Assembly: GCF_003704095.1 (NCBI RefSeq)
Contig: NW_020847159.1
Location: 62,001-126,000, forward strand
Length of the DNA: 64,000 nt
Source of the DNA: Pocillopora damicornis
Lineage: Eukaryota
Reading direction: 5' to 3'
Shown here: positions 60,945 through 64,000 of the stretch, in pieces
Layout of the letters: each line of letters starts with the position of its first letter
Numbering within the stretch: position 1 is the stretch's first letter
Position numbers and translations under genes: made by a program
Notes under the pieces: model-generated
What the model was told of the DNA's origin: nothing
The model's database searches: none
Seen by the model: the letters and a program-made list of their open reading frames with translations, nothing else

Positions 60945-61215
60945 CTGGCCACCCAGTCGGAGCTTCTCCCTGTTTCTGTGGCATGTAGTGACAAGAGGTT
61001 TGGCTTTTCTCTTTAGACACTTTCCTTCTCCTTTCTTTTCCAATCCCTTGGATATTCGCCAGGCTTCTCTGATAGCTCGCCGGTACTCGTTTAAATTCCT
61101 GGGTGGAGAGAGACACTAGGAGTGAAGTGTTTTTCCCAAGAACATAACACTTGTCCAGGACCCGAATCCAGACCACTCGTTCCGGAGTCCTGGGTACCAA
61201 CTGCCAGGCCACCAC
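60945..61215 (-). mobile_element. tRNA-derived SINE with conserved central domain
   Basis: Minus strand: gtggtggcctggcagttgg (A-box-like), ggattcgggtcc (B-box-like), then ...gttcttgggaaaaacacttcactcctagtgtctctctccacccagg.... More decayed relatives at ~46545-46730 and 47360-47640. Confidence 0.7.
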
Positions 61216-61392
61216 TTTTCCACAAATATTGTTAAAGGATACTTCAGACGAGAACAAAGTTGGTGACCCTTGGATGTTAAATTTACCGGAATAAGGGAGT
61301 CTCCTCAGTGGAAGTGACTGATGTTGAGGTTCTAGGAGCAATTTGATTTAGTTGGGACCATTTTGAGCATTGTTATGTGACTGGGGTATACA

Positions 61393-61630
61393 TCCTCGGA
61401 GACCCAAGGGCTGTAAGTCGATTTCAAGTTAGGGCGGGAGAGCCGGGCTCTCCCGTCCTGACTTGAAATCGGACGCTAGTGTCCTTTTTCGGATTTTGGA
61501 CACAAGGGTCCGATTGTTTATTTTGGACGCTGGTGTCAGATTTTGAACACTAGTGTCCAATTCTGGATTTGGACACTAAATTCCTATTTTGAATTTTAGA
61601 GACTAGAGTCCGATTTTGAATTTTGGACAG
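61393..61630. repeat. Palindrome plus ~20-27-bp tandem repeats (ttttggacactagtgtccga-like), likely composite TE remnant
   Basis: Inverted repeat at 61419-61470, then about 6 degenerate units. Confidence 0.65.
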
Positions 61631-62394
61631 TTGAACAAATTGTTTTTATGCGAGCAATTTGTATTTGATGAAAGCAATTTGTTTTCGATGTGACACGTGG
61701 GCCGCCGAGACTGGGCCACCCGGGCCACCATACATTCCCCCTCTCCACTCCCCCTCTTTTTCCTTACGCCTCCAACCAACCAGAAAAGACTGGGTAGAAG
61801 TTTGGGGAACAAGACCGTGCGCAATAATTACCAAGCGTGATTAATTACCAAGAACTTTCCACTGGAGCCTCTAACAGTTTAGGCTGTGTTTCGCTTGTAA
61901 ACAGGTAAAAAATTGTCATCTGTCTTCAGTTATGTTACAGAAACTATTGTTACAGCGATAAGCGATCTCCGTCTAAGCCAAAGGCAATGACATAACTTAC
62001 TTGCACGTTGTCGATATCGATATCACGACAGTTTCTTATCTGTCTGTTTTGCACTGTGTCTGGAAATTTGAACATTTAATAAAGCCTCTATTTCTGATTT
62101 GTGGCCCAAAGCCAAAGCATGAAAATTAAATCTAGATTACTGCAATAAGAAATACTCGGGAAAGTAGTGAATTTTATTGTGATTTCTTAAAAACTTTCCG
62201 TCAGATCGAAAGTGATTACTATGTATGGTTCAACGAAAGTTAAAGGGAGGTTTTGGTTTTTCTGTATTAATAGAAATCTTAATTTCTTTTTATAAAAGTT
62301 CTAATGATGTGATTTCTCCTGTAAGTTACTATCAACTATTAGGCTTTTTCGTTAATTGTTGTAGCACCTCTGCTTAGTTAGCTGACTGAAACTT

Positions 62395-62583
62395 TCAAGA
62401 TATTTTGGTTTTGTCAACTGAGTTGATACTGTGAATTGGCCAAAGTAGAGAGTTTCTAAAGCTGAAATTTCAAGCATTACCCATTTGTCATTCATTCTGA
62501 TGATGCTTGAAACATCAGCTTCAGAAACTCATTGCAGTGGCCATTGTACATTATCAACTCAGTTGATGAAACCAAATTATCTT
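62395..62583. repeat. Palindromic repeat resembling tail-to-tail Penelope-like element ends
   Basis: Arms aagatattttggttttgtcaactgagttgata.. and ..tatcaactcagttgatgaaaccaaattatctt. A related fragment is at ~18700-18780. Confidence 0.55.
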
Positions 62584-63402
62584 ATTTTATAACCCAACTA
62601 TTAATTTTCACGCCACTCTGTTGGCCTCTTTATGTCATGCAGTCCAAAATCAAGGGACAGTTATCATGTGATAACCCCAATCTACATTGATATTTGTCCC
62701 CCAGTTTATATCTGTTGAAAAGTTACAAAACCAGCAGGAAAAAAGCCAGCCCAAGATTTTCACTTTTTCGTATCTGTTACTTTTACATGGAAGAAAAATG
62801 AGCTTGTTTTGTGGAGTCCAGTGCCAGTGATGTTAAAAAGATTATCTCAAATACTGCTCTGGAAAGTACACAAAGTTATTTGATCCCCAAAGTTTCACAT
62901 TTGTCCTCAAATTTTTACTTCCTGGCCAAATATTCCTTGGACAATCTCTTAGCTGCTTACATTTTCAGCTAACATACATGTTTTCCAAAAGGGTTTATTT
63001 ACTTAATACCACTCCCTTCCATTGATGAAAATTTCTTAGGAAACTTTCCCCCTATATTCAACTAAAACTTACACAAGAACAAGATCTCTAGTTAATGTTA
63101 TATCCTAATTTCTTCTTATAATATCATCCCCAAATCATACATTTAGGCTACAAGAATAGAGGAAATGGTCACCAACTAAAGAAGCTCTTGATTGCTAAAC
63201 AAATTCTGCTGGTCAGCACTTTAGGAAATGTATAGACCATAGTATGGAGAGTTTGCATACTGATGTTAGGATGTAAAGGGTTAATGATTTCAGTCTTTCA
63301 ACTTTCCAGTATGCAGGTGTCCTTCTATAAGAATGTTTTACTCTTTGGTAAATATTTTTAGCTGCTCTTATAAAGGGTCAGTGGTTTCTTTTTATTATAG
63401 AA

Positions 63403-63648
63403 ATGGGTAGTACCTCATCAGCACCAGTTGCAGCAGACTCAGGTGCCGGTGTTGCCATTGTCGCCCAGACCCCTTCTGCTGGTTGTCCAGTTCAACACAG
63501 TACACCTGTGCCATCGGTCAGTGAGTGTCCTGCCCATCAAGGTGGCAGTGTAAAACTACAAGCTAGCCAATGTCCTATCAGCAGAGGAGCTGGCTGTGAT
63601 AGTGCTGCTCTTGATAACAGTTCAGATGCGTTGGATCCAAGTAACATG
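63403..63648 (+). CDS. HCCS: Holocytochrome c-type synthase, first coding exon (gene continues beyond the window)
   Basis: MGSTSSAP (MGxxxS myristoylation-type start), three CP heme-regulatory motifs (CPV, CPA, CPI) and LDPSNM before the GT donor at 63649. An acceptor lies just before the ATG; a likely non-coding exon ends at ~61904. Confidence 0.85.
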
Positions 63649-64000
63649 GTAAATATTCTTTAGTACCCTTTGGTTATTGATTTGGTTGCCATGGCATGTT
63701 GAAAAAAAATATTGGTGACTGAAATTGTACCCAAATTTATTCCAAAGTCGTGAATTTGGTGACCTATATTTGGTGATCGTGTTGCAGCCTGTTTTCATTT
63801 TTGTTACATAGTGTTTATGGTCTCAAATTATAGTGTGGCTTGAGCATTTGGTTATAATACTTTGTACTACTCAGTACAATATGTTTGTCTCCATTTTTTT
63901 TCATTCTATTTTTAACTTTTTTTCCTGTCAACAAAAATTTTATTTCTGGCAGCCATGTTATTTTGCAAGGTATGGAAAATATTTTACGCTTGAAATACTC

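Noticed and set aside
62497-62520. Hammerhead ribozyme-like core CTGATGA...GAAAC (and a more decayed one at ~33980-34015)
   Set aside because: Only 5 nt separate the core boxes, so stem II cannot form. It is best read as a decayed Penelope-like repeat end, not an active ribozyme.
15352-63648. Functional mitochondrial gene cluster (PET100, MAT, HCCS)
   Set aside because: The genes are separated by unrelated genes, and three of ten is compatible with chance.

Overview
Eukaryotic, intron-rich, AT-rich genomic window. Gene content and repeat style suggest an anthozoan, probably a stony coral (inference). There are two 100-N gaps (27-126, 1388-1487). Gene order, from exons traced by hand: an inverted pair of secreted rhamnose-binding (SUEL) lectin genes, with the + copy expanded to 5 domains by tandem exon duplication; a phospholipid phosphatase (PLPP-like, +); PET100 (-) head-to-head with an EPS15/EPS15L1 gene (+) that has no visible UIM tail; R3HDM4 (+); RB1CC1/FIP200 (-); an intronless S-adenosylmethionine synthetase (MAT, -) head-to-head with an intronless 5.3-kb NALCN channel (+, EEEE filter); and the first coding exon of HCCS (+). 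About 20 TTAA/CCCT-ended piggyBac-like MITEs, tRNA-derived SINEs, LINE tails and other palindromic elements fill introns and spacers. The strongest novelty candidate is the MAT: a divergent single-exon paralogue with an N-terminal extension that fits a mitochondrial presequence with an exact R-10 (MPP+MIP) cleavage motif, which would imply SAM synthesis inside mitochondria. All calls are by eye and from memory of the families; no searches were run.
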